Shown one piece after another: positions 19,977 through 29,349 of a DNA stretch of 64,000 nt (position 1 is its first letter; each line of letters opens with the position of its first letter). The translations under genes were made by a program, and so were the position numbers. The notes beneath the pieces were generated by a model that worked only from the letters and a program-made list of their open reading frames with translations, searched no databases and had not been told where the DNA came from. Origin of the DNA: Gammaproteobacteria bacterium (GTDB taxonomy: Bacteria; Pseudomonadota; Gammaproteobacteria; JAURND01); the NCBI GenBank assembly GCA_047601185.1, contig JASGJS010000001.1:1636340-1700339 (forward strand), written 5' to 3'.

Positions 19977-22766
19977 ATGAGAGAAGAAGAGCAGGCTAAA
20001 AGATTTCCCTCTAGGGCAGAAAAATATCATTTGATTCAACTCGAAGAAGATTTAGAGAAAATAGCATCATTTCTTTTAGCGATGAATCAAGCGCAAAAGG
20101 AAACAGAGATTTCTCCTCAGTATCCTTATAATACCCGAATACATGTTTTTTTCTTTCTCGCTTTAATGATTGCAGCTTATACCAAAAGCAACCTAGAAAA
20201 TATGTCTCATGAGAAAATAAAACTATTCGGAGCCATTTCACTTCTACCAGCATTGGCCACGTTTTATTATTGCCATTTATCATACAAAGAACATCACGAA
20301 GCAACCCAACAATATCGAGAGAAAAAACGCCACTATTTATTAACATTCAAAGAGAAAATATCCGACACTTTAAAAAGCATGCAATTGCCTCAGGTACGAA
20401 ATTTTATCATCTTTAACATCAACAACCCTGGCTTAACCAATACCCTAATGGAAAGTCTTTACGATATATTAAAATTAGATTCATTCCATAAAAAAAATCT
20501 TATCTGGCACGTGAATAATTTGAATAAGCTCATTAAAAAAAACAAAGAGACTCAGACCATTACAACCGAAATCATCCAAACCTATTCTCCAAAAATCTCC
20601 AAATCTCTAGGGCTCGGCAAAGAAATTTTTCACAAAGAACTATTCAACGTCTGTCAAAAGCAAGGCATCAATTTTTCAGATTGCCTAAAACAACTCAATC
20701 TGTCAGTAGGCCCCTTGTTTATTTTTCTTGATGAAAAGAAAAAACCTGCGATCAAAAGCCCAAACCTCTCCTCAAACCTATCTTTATCTCCCACCCCAAT
20801 AAAATCTACGACTCACACACCAAAAGTTCCATTAAAGTTGGATATTATTTCGCCACCTCCAAAATTCGCCGTAGTGACGAGCAAACCGACCATCAAATAT
20901 GAACCGATTACCAAGCCCAAAAAAACAGATCCTGACAAAGACCAAAGAGACATTGTTCGAAAATTATTAAAGGCTGCCAAAGAAAATCATCCAGAAGATT
21001 TTTCAACGCATCTTAAAAATGTTGAAGCATTGACAGAATCTGATCATAAATCCATTGCTAAAAAAATAGCCTTGCATAAAAAATCCACTAAAAAAACCGA
21101 ACAACAATCTGCAGAAGCCATTGAGAGCGCTCTGTCAGCATTTTTATTTGCTAAAAATAAGACGCCTCCTCAGCCAGATCAGAAAAAAACCCCTCAGGTA
21201 TTAGACCACAAAGGACCGATTTATTCCCAAATTTTAGATATTAGACAAACGGTGAGTCATTTAGTATTGGAGCATCCTCAGGCCTCAGAATTTAAAGAAC
21301 CCACTTATTTCTTCTCCGCACAGAATTTTCTCAAAACTGCATTAAGTTTAAAACGGCATCTCCTCAAACATCTCAGCAAACAAGCAAAAGAAATTCCCAT
21401 TTACTTTATCGGGGGTTTTTCGCTGTATTTATTTCAGAATGACGAATTCTTTACCAACAAATTATTGGAATTAGATGTCGACATGGTCTTGCCGGTTCAT
21501 TACAGCATTGTTAGAGAGATGGCAAAAAAGCATAAGATTGAATATAGTGAACCCTATAAAGATCCACAAGGAAAAGGCTGTATTAAAATACTCTTTGAGG
21601 AGACTCTTTTTGACATCACCTGCGATCCTCAGCTCGATCTTAAAAAAGACCCCTTACGTCGCGATTTAAATATTAATACCATTTATTTTGATGATGCCTT
21701 TCATGCACCAAAAGAATTGCTGAATGCTTTGATCGCAGCAGCCTATGATGCATCCACACCCCCTTTTATTGAATGCTGCCCAGGTCACTTAGAGGGCGTC
21801 ACACTGACAACGCTATTGCCAGAGTGGTCAGTGCATTCCCAGAAAATTTTACAAGAACATCCTGACATTAAACCTGAGAAGTTGGCCACAACCTTTAAAG
21901 CTTTTATCGATGACCCTATCATTTTATTCAGATTATTAAATTACCTCAACCAAGGCTTGTTTAAATTTAAACATTTAAATCCAGCCATACAGTTTTGTTT
22001 AGAAAAACCTGAAGAGACTTTACAGCTTATCCTGCAAGCCAGAGTTGCTCTGAATAAGAAAAAGCTTAAGAAAACAGATAGCGTCAAAGAAGCTGCGATC
22101 ATACTGAAAGATTTTCTCAGTTATCATGCCAAAAAAGCACTCAGAAAACATACTAAAGTTAAAACTTGTTTCACTGTTGAACCTCAACATTATCCCGCGA
22201 TTGCAAAATATTTAAATGTTCAAGCAAGCTGCCCAGATTTTGCTTTAACTTTTAAATTGATCTTAGAGTTCTATTTAAAAACGGCGCTAGAAACGTCTCG
22301 TTATGCGCAAATTGACGCAGCCATGCAGTTATTGTTTCCAGATGACAACAAACCTGAACCTGTTTATACCTATTTAAGAGAGAAAATCATAGCAGGCCAT
22401 TTTAGTCCACTGGGAGAGGATAAAAGTGTCCCTGCTAGACTGTTCCCACTCGTCATGGCTATCGCTTTAGCAGGAGTCAAAATGCCTTTTCAATCACGTA
22501 AAGTTTCCCACACCGTACAAAATGTTCTGAACAATTTTCCTATTTTTGAGGAGATACGCAAAAAACCTAAAATCTTAATCGATGAGTGGCTGAACACATA
22601 TTTTAATGAGCTGGCTGCGATCCATTTGTCAAGCTTTACTCTGTCATCCTCTAGCGCTAAAATTTCGGATACTTTAACTCAAGGTTTTTTACCCCCTCCC
22701 TCCTCTCAGCCCCACATTTCAATTGAAGAGCGTAAAGAAACACGTCAAACTACTCCCCTCCCTTAA
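19977..22766 (+). CDS. Large membrane-anchored hypothetical protein (~929 aa) with class-II nucleotidyltransferase (CCA-adding / poly(A) polymerase head)-like motifs; candidate effector
   Basis: Start taken at ATG 19977 (AGGGG Shine-Dalgarno); the ORF track starts at GTG 19938. Two N-terminal hydrophobic helices, then a Pro/Lys-rich linker. Further on: IYFIGGFSLY..LELDVDMV (GG...DxD), DPLRRDLNINTIYFD (RRDFTINA-like) and FIDDPIILFRLLNY (EDPLRxLRAxRF-like), at about nt 21400-21960. Confidence 0.6.
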   Translation: MREEEQAKRFPSRAEKYHLIQLEEDLEKIASFLLAMNQAQKETEISPQYPYNTRIHVFFFLALMIAAYTKSNLENMSHEKIKLFGAISLLPALATFYYCHLSYKEHHEATQQYREKKRHYLLTFKEKISDTLKSMQLPQVRNFIIFNINNPGLTNTLMESLYDILKLDSFHKKNLIWHVNNLNKLIKKNKETQTITTEIIQTYSPKISKSLGLGKEIFHKELFNVCQKQGINFSDCLKQLNLSVGPLFIFLDEKKKPAIKSPNLSSNLSLSPTPIKSTTHTPKVPLKLDIISPPPKFAVVTSKPTIKYEPITKPKKTDPDKDQRDIVRKLLKAAKENHPEDFSTHLKNVEALTESDHKSIAKKIALHKKSTKKTEQQSAEAIESALSAFLFAKNKTPPQPDQKKTPQVLDHKGPIYSQILDIRQTVSHLVLEHPQASEFKEPTYFFSAQNFLKTALSLKRHLLKHLSKQAKEIPIYFIGGFSLYLFQNDEFFTNKLLELDVDMVLPVHYSIVREMAKKHKIEYSEPYKDPQGKGCIKILFEETLFDITCDPQLDLKKDPLRRDLNINTIYFDDAFHAPKELLNALIAAAYDASTPPFIECCPGHLEGVTLTTLLPEWSVHSQKILQEHPDIKPEKLATTFKAFIDDPIILFRLLNYLNQGLFKFKHLNPAIQFCLEKPEETLQLILQARVALNKKKLKKTDSVKEAAIILKDFLSYHAKKALRKHTKVKTCFTVEPQHYPAIAKYLNVQASCPDFALTFKLILEFYLKTALETSRYAQIDAAMQLLFPDDNKPEPVYTYLREKIIAGHFSPLGEDKSVPARLFPLVMAIALAGVKMPFQSRKVSHTVQNVLNNFPIFEEIRKKPKILIDEWLNTYFNELAAIHLSSFTLSSSSAKISDTLTQGFLPPPSSQPHISIEERKETRQTTPLP

Positions 22767-22779
22767 AACAAGAGAAGAC

Positions 22780-23580
22780 ATGATGGCGACTATCACACTC
22801 AATACCCTACAAGCAATGAAACAACGCGGTGAAAAATTCACCTGTTTGACGGTTTATGATGCTACCTTAGCCCGCATTATGGCGGACTGTGGCGTGGAAG
22901 TGCTATTGGTAGGCGATACTTTGGGCACAGTGATTCAAGGTCATAAAACCACCGTCCCCGTCAAGCTACGCGATATGGTCTATCACACGCGCAACGTGGC
23001 CAGAGCGGATACGACTGCGTTGGTAATGGGAGACCTGCCGTTTATGAGCTATTCCAACCTAATAGAAGCCACTCGCAGCGCCACCCGAATTATGCAAGCC
23101 GGGGCTGCCATCATTAAAATGGAAGGCGGCAGTTGGCTCGCACCTATCGTGGCGGATTTGACGGAAAAAGGCATCCCGGTATGCGCACATTTGGGATTAA
23201 CTCCCCAATCTGTGTACAGCTTTGGGGGGTATAAAATACAAGGACGCGATCCTCAAAAAGCCCAAGACATGCTACAAGCCGCCCTCCTGCATGAACAAGC
23301 CGGCGCGAAGTTGTTGGTGTTGGAGTGTATTCCCTATACTTTAGCCGCGGAGATTACTCAAGCGGTCAAAATTCCGGTGATTGGGATTGGGGCAGGACCG
23401 GCTTGTGATGGCCAAGTCCTGGTCACTTATGATATGTTAGGCTTATATACCGGTAAGCCGCTGACGTTTGTCAAAAATTTCCTGCAGCATCAGCCAAATG
23501 GCGTGCAAGGCGCGATTGCAGAGTTTGTCCGGCAAGTTAAAAAACAGGAATTCCCGACGCTAGAACACAGTTTTGTATGA
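22780..23580 (+). CDS. panB: 3-methyl-2-oxobutanoate hydroxymethyltransferase
   Basis: Collinear with E. coli PanB (LVGDTLG, KMEGG, HLGLTPQS, LVLECIP, IGIGAG). Start at ATG 22780, after the stop of the upstream gene at 22764-22766. Confidence 0.95.
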   Translation: MMATITLNTLQAMKQRGEKFTCLTVYDATLARIMADCGVEVLLVGDTLGTVIQGHKTTVPVKLRDMVYHTRNVARADTTALVMGDLPFMSYSNLIEATRSATRIMQAGAAIIKMEGGSWLAPIVADLTEKGIPVCAHLGLTPQSVYSFGGYKIQGRDPQKAQDMLQAALLHEQAGAKLLVLECIPYTLAAEITQAVKIPVIGIGAGPACDGQVLVTYDMLGLYTGKPLTFVKNFLQHQPNGVQGAIAEFVRQVKKQEFPTLEHSFV

Positions 23581-24449
23581 AAATCCTTACTAACATCGCT
23601 GAGTTGTCCGCTGTAAAACAGTCCTGGCAAGATCAAACCGTTGCTTTGGTCCCTACCATGGGGAATTTACATCGCGGCCACTTAGCTTTAGCCGAACAAG
23701 CCCAGCATTCCGCCCAACGTGTCATTGTCAGCATTTTTGTGAATCCCTTACAATTTGGTCCACAAGAAGATTTTGCCCGATATCCCCGCACCTTAGACGC
23801 CGATCTTGAACAATTAAAAAATTTAGGGGTTGACGCAGTATTTACACCTACCACGGAAATGCTTTACCCACCACAGAATGCTGGGATGACACGCATAGAT
23901 CCAGGGCCGATTGGCGATATCTTATGCGGGCAATTTCGTCCTAACCATTTTACGGGCGTTGCCACCATTGTGGGGAAATTATTTCACCTGGTTCAACCCG
24001 ATATCGCTATTTTTGGGCAAAAAGATTACCAACAGGCGGTCATTATTCAACAGATGGTTCAAGATTTGAATTTTCCGCTTAAAATTTTGATCGCCCCCAC
24101 GGTGAGAGAAGCCGATGGATTAGCGTTAAGTTCTCGAAATCAATATCTCAATGCTGCGGAAAGAACCCTCGCCCCTTCGCTCTATGAAACGCTGGTCTGG
24201 GTGGCTCAACAAATCAAACCAGGTGACAAAAACATTTTAGCATTATGCCAGCAAGCTCAGCTGCGATTGGAGCAGCAGCATTTTACCGTGGATTATGTTA
24301 CTGTACGCATCCAAAAAACGTTAGCAGCGCCTGATGCCTCTACGCCAACTGAAAGTTTAATCGTATTAGCAGCGGCTTTTTTAGGTAAAACCCGTTTAAT
24401 TGATAATGTCCTGGTGGGGAACTATGCTACAAATTTTTCTAAAAGCTAA
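23577..24449 (+). CDS. panC: Pantoate-beta-alanine ligase
   Basis: PTMGNLHRGHLAL (HIGH-type) motif; 290 aa. The start overlaps the panB stop by 4 nt. Confidence 0.95.
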   Translation: MKILTNIAELSAVKQSWQDQTVALVPTMGNLHRGHLALAEQAQHSAQRVIVSIFVNPLQFGPQEDFARYPRTLDADLEQLKNLGVDAVFTPTTEMLYPPQNAGMTRIDPGPIGDILCGQFRPNHFTGVATIVGKLFHLVQPDIAIFGQKDYQQAVIIQQMVQDLNFPLKILIAPTVREADGLALSSRNQYLNAAERTLAPSLYETLVWVAQQIKPGDKNILALCQQAQLRLEQQHFTVDYVTVRIQKTLAAPDASTPTESLIVLAAAFLGKTRLIDNVLVGNYATNFSKS

Positions 24450-24774
24450 ATTACATCATGCCCGAATTACTGGGGTTGAATTAGAGTATGAAGGATCTTG
24501 CGCCATTGACAGTGCGCTGCTAGAACGCATTGGCATCACACCAAACGAACAAATTCATATTTATAATCTGAATAATGGTGAACGATTTATCACTTATGCC
24601 ATTCCAGCCCCCGCCGGCTCTGGGATTATTTCTGTCAATGGCGCCGCTGCCCGCAAAGTTAGCTTACGTGATCGGGTGATTATTTGTAGTTATGCTTGGT
24701 TACAGACTGACGAAATTGCTGGGCACCAGCCTAAAGTGGTGCGGTTGAATGAAAGAAATCAGATCGTTTTATAA
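24424..24774 (+). CDS. panD: Aspartate 1-decarboxylase
   Basis: [29 protein letters not shown] aligns with E. coli [25 protein letters not shown], including the Gly-Ser self-processing site. Start at ATG 24424, not the TTG at 24400. Confidence 0.93.
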   Translation: [116 protein letters not shown]

Positions 24775-24842
24775 AACAAGAAAGCAAATAGCTCTACGAA
24801 GCAAGAAGACTGATTTTATAAACAAGAACGCTGGTGACTCTA

Positions 24843-26003
24843 TGAAGCTTGAAGTGGCGAGCTGTTTCCTTCTCCCCTTGTGGGAGAAGGTGCCCGAATA
24901 GGGCGGATGAGGGGTAAAAAAGCTTTTTTAATCAAAAGATTGTATGGCCCCCTCATCCGCCTATCGGCATCTTCTCTCACAAAAAAAGGGGAGAAGGCAC
25001 CACACCGAACTTTTAAGTGTTTCCTCTTAGCTCACCGCCATGGAAGTAAAGTACCTCAAGCAAAACTTTTGTCATTTAACACTACAAAGTAGTTGCAGTA
25101 TGAACAAGCCCGCTAGCGACCCTAATGAAGCAAGGAAGCTGACAACTCTGTGAAGCTTGAAGCGGCGAGCTGTTTCCTTCTCCCCTTGTGGGAGAAGGTG
25201 CCCGAATAGGGCGGATGAGGGGTAAAAAAGCTTTTTTAATCAAAAGATTGTATGGCCCCCTCATCCGCCTATCGGCACCTTCTCCCACAAAAAAAGGGGA
25301 GAAGGCACCACACCGAACTTTTAAGTGTTTCCTCTTAGCTCACCGCCATGGAAGTAAAGTACCTCAAGCAAAACTTTTGTCATTTAACACTACAAAGTAG
25401 TTGCAGTATGAACAAGCCCGCTAGCGACCCTAATGAAGCAAGGAAGCTGACAACTCTGTGAAGCTTGAAGTGGCGAGCTGTTTCCTTCTCCCCTTGTGGG
25501 AGAAGGTGCCCGAATAGGGCGGATGAGGGGTAAAAAAGCTTTTTTAATCAAAAGATTGTATGGCCCCCTCATCCGCCTATCGGCACCTTCTCCCACAAAA
25601 AAAGGGGAGAAGGCACCACACCGAACTTTTAAGTGTTTCCTCTTAGCTCACCGCCATGGAAAGTAAAGTACCTCGAGCAAAACTTTTGTCATTTAACACT
25701 ACAAAGTAGTTGCAGTATGAACAAGCCCGCTAGTGACCTTAATGAAGCAAGGAAGCTGACAACTCTGTGAAGCTTGAAGTGGCGAGCTGTTTCCTTCTCC
25801 CCTTGTGGGAGAAGGTGCCCGAATAGGGCGGATGAGGGGTAAAAAAGCTTTTTTAATCAAAAGATTGTATGGCCCCCTCATCCGCCTATCGGCACCTTCT
25901 CCCACAAGGGGAGAAGGCACCACACCGAACTTTTAAGTGTTTCCTCTTAGCTCACCGCCATGGAAAGTAAAGTATCTCGAGCAAAACTTTTGTCATTTAA
26001 CAC
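24843..26003. repeat. Tandem array, 3.8 copies of a 308/309-bp unit, each unit carrying two inverted family-A elements
   Basis: Unit starts at 24843, 25151, 25459 and 25768. Each unit is A(+) - 37-bp spacer (TAAAAAAGCTTTTTTAATCAAAAGATTGTATGGC) - A(-) - ~170 bp unique. Copies are near-identical apart from a few SNPs, a 1-nt indel and loop-length changes (ACAAAAAAAGGGG vs ACAAGGGG). Confidence 0.95.
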
Positions 26004-26014
26004 CATAATGTAAG

Positions 26015-28408
26015 CTACGCAAAGTCATCAACCTGAATAATATTCGTTCGGGCTTGGCGTGCGGATTGAATCCACTGCGCTTCTTCCTCAGTGATGATTT
26101 CTTGTTGCACAGCTTTTTCTAACTGCTCTGCAAAATCTTGACTTATGCCTGTCGTTTGCGATTGCCACATCGAGAATTTTTTCTCAGCAGGTTCGGCTTG
26201 AATGATCTTCTTCAAAGCGTCCTCTAAATCAGTCGGTAAACAAATATTTCGTAACAATCTACTGCGTGTTTCTGTGTTATTTTGTAATAGCTGCGAAACC
26301 TGGTGATTCAAAGCATCTGAAGGCAATTGCTGTCGACGCCCTTTAAACGGAAAAATCATATCGCGCAAGACCGCGCTTAACCAACTAGAACCTAGATTAT
26401 CCACTAAATGCTCTATGGCGGAGGTTAATTGATAAAATATAAAGTGACAGGCCCATGCTAATAAAGGTAAATCCTCAGCAGGTGATCCATCGGCTTCATA
26501 ACATTTTAATAAGGCCGATGCGCTATATAATAAACTCCAGATATCCGCTAGGCGACCTGAGAGGTTTTCATGCCGTTTAAAACTCCCGCCGAATTTAAGT
26601 AATACCACGTCAGATAACAAAGCAAATACGGCACTAAAACGATTCAGCTGGCGATAATACCGTTTGGTTTCGCGCGTACCCGGTAGCGAACTGAGCGCAC
26701 CTTGCGTGATCCCTAACAATATTGTTCGTAAAGTATTGCTGATTAAATAGCCTGCGTGGGCCCAAATTAACCGGTCGAAAGTCTTTAAGCTGGCTTGACT
26801 GTCGGATTGATGAGCCGCCTCCCATTCTGGGAAAATGTAGGGATGACAACGCATCACTCCCTGCCCAAAAATAATCATATTGCGCGTTAATACATTAGAG
26901 CCTTCCACTGTAATCGAGATAGGTGCCTCTAAATAGCTTTGAGCTAAAGTATTGTTTGGACCGACGCAAATCCCCTTTCCACCCTGTAAATCCATGGCGT
27001 GATTAATAATACGTCGTGCAGATTCTGTGGTCTGATATTTGCTGATGGCGGAAGGAATCGTAGGCTGTTCGTGCCGATCAATAGCAGCTAACGTAAATCG
27101 TTGCAGGGCTTGCATCAGATAAGTTTGTCCTGCAATTGCTGCGACAATTTCACTGACGCCTTCAAACTGACTGAGTGAAACATGAAATTGTTTGCGAATC
27201 CGAGTATAGGCGCTGCTCACCGCGGTCGCAAATTTAGCCCCACCGACACTCATGGCGGGTAAGGTAATCCCTCGGCCGACCGCCAAACGCTCCATCAGCA
27301 TTTGCCAGCCTTGACCAATTCTTTTTTCTCCCCCAATGATGTGGTCCAGCGGCACAAAAACGCCGGCACCTTGCGTAGGACCATTGGGAAACGCCGAATA
27401 CAATGGGATATGATGTCTTCCAATGGTAATACCGGGTGTATCCACCGCAATTAACGCGCAAGTAATACCTAAATCGGTTTGTTGGCCCAGCAAATGATTG
27501 GGATCATAAAGCTTAAAAGCCAAACCCAATAATGTCGCCACCGGCGCTAAGGTGATATAACGTTTATTCCAATGCAGCTCGATTCCCATCACTTCTTCAC
27601 CTTGCCATTGCCCACGACAGACTCGTCCATAATCTGTCATTGAACTAGCATCTGAGCCTGCTTCTGGACTGGTGAGCGCAAAACAGGGAATTTCCTCCCC
27701 ACGCGCCAAACGCGGTAAGTAGTAATCTTTTTGCGCTTCGGTGCCATACTCTAATAACAATTCAGCAGGGCCTAAGGAGTTGGGTACGCCCACAATGGTG
27801 GCAGCAGCATTGGAACGACTGGCAATTTTTGTGAGCACCATCGCATGCGCTTTCGCAGAAAATTGTTTGCCACCATATTTTTTAGGAATAACTAAACCAA
27901 AGAAGCCATTGTCTTTTAAGAATTGCCATGACTCGGGCGACAAACCATGATCTATATGATTAATTTTCCAATTATCGAGCTGCGCACAAAATGTTTCGAC
28001 AGGCCCTTGAATAAATGCCAACTCTTCTTCGGTGAGCGCTTGCTCTGTATATTGGGTAAATTTTTGCCAATTCGGCATGCCAGTTAATAATTCACCTTCC
28101 CAACCGACCGTGCCGGTGGTGAGCGCTGCTTGTTCAGTGGCAGAAAGTTTAGGGCTATTTTTTTGGTAAGCGGCCAAAATAGGTTTGGTGAGCAGGTGAC
28201 GACGTAAGGGTAAGATATTTAAAGGGATGAGGATGATGGCAAGACATAGCCATGATAATAATTGACCGACTAAGGATATGTCCGTCAAGTTGGTGCAAAA
28301 CAATGTGAGTAAAAATAGCGTGATGCTATAAACAGACAGCGCAGCACGTTTATAGGCTAATACACTTAAGGCAGCTAAGAAAATAATAATCCATAGAAGT
28401 GTAATCAC
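26015..28408 (-). CDS. fadE: FadE-type large acyl-CoA dehydrogenase with N-terminal membrane anchor
   Basis: 797 aa. Two or three N-terminal TM helices, then an acyl-CoA dehydrogenase core (ALTSPEAGSDASS) and a FadE-type C-terminal domain. Confidence 0.88.
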   Translation of the reverse strand: MITLLWIIIFLAALSVLAYKRAALSVYSITLFLLTLFCTNLTDISLVGQLLSWLCLAIILIPLNILPLRRHLLTKPILAAYQKNSPKLSATEQAALTTGTVGWEGELLTGMPNWQKFTQYTEQALTEEELAFIQGPVETFCAQLDNWKINHIDHGLSPESWQFLKDNGFFGLVIPKKYGGKQFSAKAHAMVLTKIASRSNAAATIVGVPNSLGPAELLLEYGTEAQKDYYLPRLARGEEIPCFALTSPEAGSDASSMTDYGRVCRGQWQGEEVMGIELHWNKRYITLAPVATLLGLAFKLYDPNHLLGQQTDLGITCALIAVDTPGITIGRHHIPLYSAFPNGPTQGAGVFVPLDHIIGGEKRIGQGWQMLMERLAVGRGITLPAMSVGGAKFATAVSSAYTRIRKQFHVSLSQFEGVSEIVAAIAGQTYLMQALQRFTLAAIDRHEQPTIPSAISKYQTTESARRIINHAMDLQGGKGICVGPNNTLAQSYLEAPISITVEGSNVLTRNMIIFGQGVMRCHPYIFPEWEAAHQSDSQASLKTFDRLIWAHAGYLISNTLRTILLGITQGALSSLPGTRETKRYYRQLNRFSAVFALLSDVVLLKFGGSFKRHENLSGRLADIWSLLYSASALLKCYEADGSPAEDLPLLAWACHFIFYQLTSAIEHLVDNLGSSWLSAVLRDMIFPFKGRRQQLPSDALNHQVSQLLQNNTETRSRLLRNICLPTDLEDALKKIIQAEPAEKKFSMWQSQTTGISQDFAEQLEKAVQQEIITEEEAQWIQSARQARTNIIQVDDFA

Positions 28409-28474
28409 GATGTTACTCCGATTTAAAAATCACTTTCGTCTATTCACAGCTTGAACAATCCAAAAGGCTGAGAG

Positions 28475-28550
28475 CTTGGGAGCGCGGGCAGCTTGCCCGC
28501 TGCTTTTAGCTATTTTATAAAGCAGTGGGCAAGCTGCCCGCGCTCCCAAG
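28475..28550. repeat. Family-B element, copy B2 (B-prime subfamily, compact R-12bp-L doublet)
   Basis: CTTGGGAGCGCGGGCAGCTTGCCCGCTGCTTT .. AAAGCAGTGGGCAAGCTGCCCGCGCTCCCAAG. The arms face each other through their AAAAGCAG ends. Confidence 0.9.
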
Positions 28551-28566
28551 TGCGTGCCAAATTTTG

Positions 28567-29283
28567 CTATAGTGCTAATACCGTATTACTAAATACTGCA
28601 TCGACTCCCCATTCATATAAACGTGAGGCGACTGAAGGATCATCGACGGTATAAGCTAAGGCTTTATACCCTAAATCATGAATGTGCTTGACCTTCTCAG
28701 CTGATAAAATTTGGTGTCTCACATGCAATGAAAAAGCGCTCAATTCTTTTAAAACATTCTCCCAGCCTAAAAACCACCGATTGAGTAAGAGCCCTAATGG
28801 AACGGATGGATCGATCTCGCGAACCGCTCGCAAACTGGCTAACGAAAAACTCGAAATTAATAAAGCATCTCGCTCAGGCCACTTTTGTTGCAAAATTTCT
28901 ACCACCTTTTGAGCAGTAGTCACCTCTTTACCAGAAGAAGGTTTTATCTCGACATTAATCTTTAACCCTAAGGTCTTAGCGGTGTCTAAATACGCCGTCA
29001 AATGGGGAATTTTTTCGCCTGCAAAGCTGGCACCAAACCAGCTGCCCGCTTCTAATTTCACAATATCAGCATACGTCATCTCATCAACGCGACCTCGACC
29101 ATTTGTCGTTCGATTGAGCGTTTCATCATGAATCACAATCGGCTCATGATCTTGAGTAAGCATCACATCAAATTCTACCCAGCTGAGACCTAATTGTTTA
29201 GCTTGATACAAACCTGCTAAGGTGTTTTCAGGGGCGTAAGCAGCAATGCCTCGGTGGCCTATGGTTTTTGGTAAAATTAACAT
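28567..29283 (-). CDS. ugpQ: Glycerophosphodiester phosphodiesterase
   Basis: GDPD motifs IGHRG..APENTL, EFDV, IHDETLNRTT. Start moved to ATG 29283, because the ORF-track N-terminus MAGAWERGQLARQNK is encoded by repeat B3. Confidence 0.88.
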   Translation of the reverse strand: MLILPKTIGHRGIAAYAPENTLAGLYQAKQLGLSWVEFDVMLTQDHEPIVIHDETLNRTTNGRGRVDEMTYADIVKLEAGSWFGASFAGEKIPHLTAYLDTAKTLGLKINVEIKPSSGKEVTTAQKVVEILQQKWPERDALLISSFSLASLRAVREIDPSVPLGLLLNRWFLGWENVLKELSAFSLHVRHQILSAEKVKHIHDLGYKALAYTVDDPSVASRLYEWGVDAVFSNTVLAL

Positions 29284-29291
29284 TTTATTTT

Positions 29292-29326
29292 GGCGGGCAA
29301 GCTGCCCGCGCTCCCAGGCTCCAGCC
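29292..29326. repeat. Family-B solo arm, copy B3 (B-prime)
   Basis: GGCGGGCAAGCTGCCCGCGCTCCCAGGCTCCAGCC. Confidence 0.85.
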
Positions 29327-29349
29327 ATAGCGTGAAAGGAGCCACAATA

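Noticed and set aside
24880-25923. ORFs of 68-74 aa on both strands inside the 308-bp tandem array (MGEGARIGRMRG.. / MGEGADRRMRG.. etc.), and a 37-aa ATG ORF (MEVKYLKQNF..) in the unit-specific part.
   Set aside because: They start inside the palindromic family-A hairpin, with GTG starts on both strands because of the symmetry. They have no Shine-Dalgarno sequence. The 1-nt indel between units 2 and 3 changes the frame of the ATG ORF (MEVKYLK.. vs MESKVPRAK..), so no peptide is conserved between copies.
24843-26003. Possible CRISPR array (also considered for 41766-42102).
   Set aside because: The repeats are 308 bp and 89 bp, contiguous with no unique spacers. No cas genes are in the window.
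29284-29328. N-terminal extensions of ORF-track calls into repeats: ugpQ 29284-29328, FadE-2 41753-41803, small ORF 770-880, DOT1-like 45926-45967, and the 87-aa ORF at 39568-39831.
   Set aside because: The extensions translate family A, B or C repeat sequence (e.g. MAGAWERGQLARQNK, MSLGARAASPLFNSRGD). Internal ATGs with good Shine-Dalgarno motifs give N-termini that match homologs.
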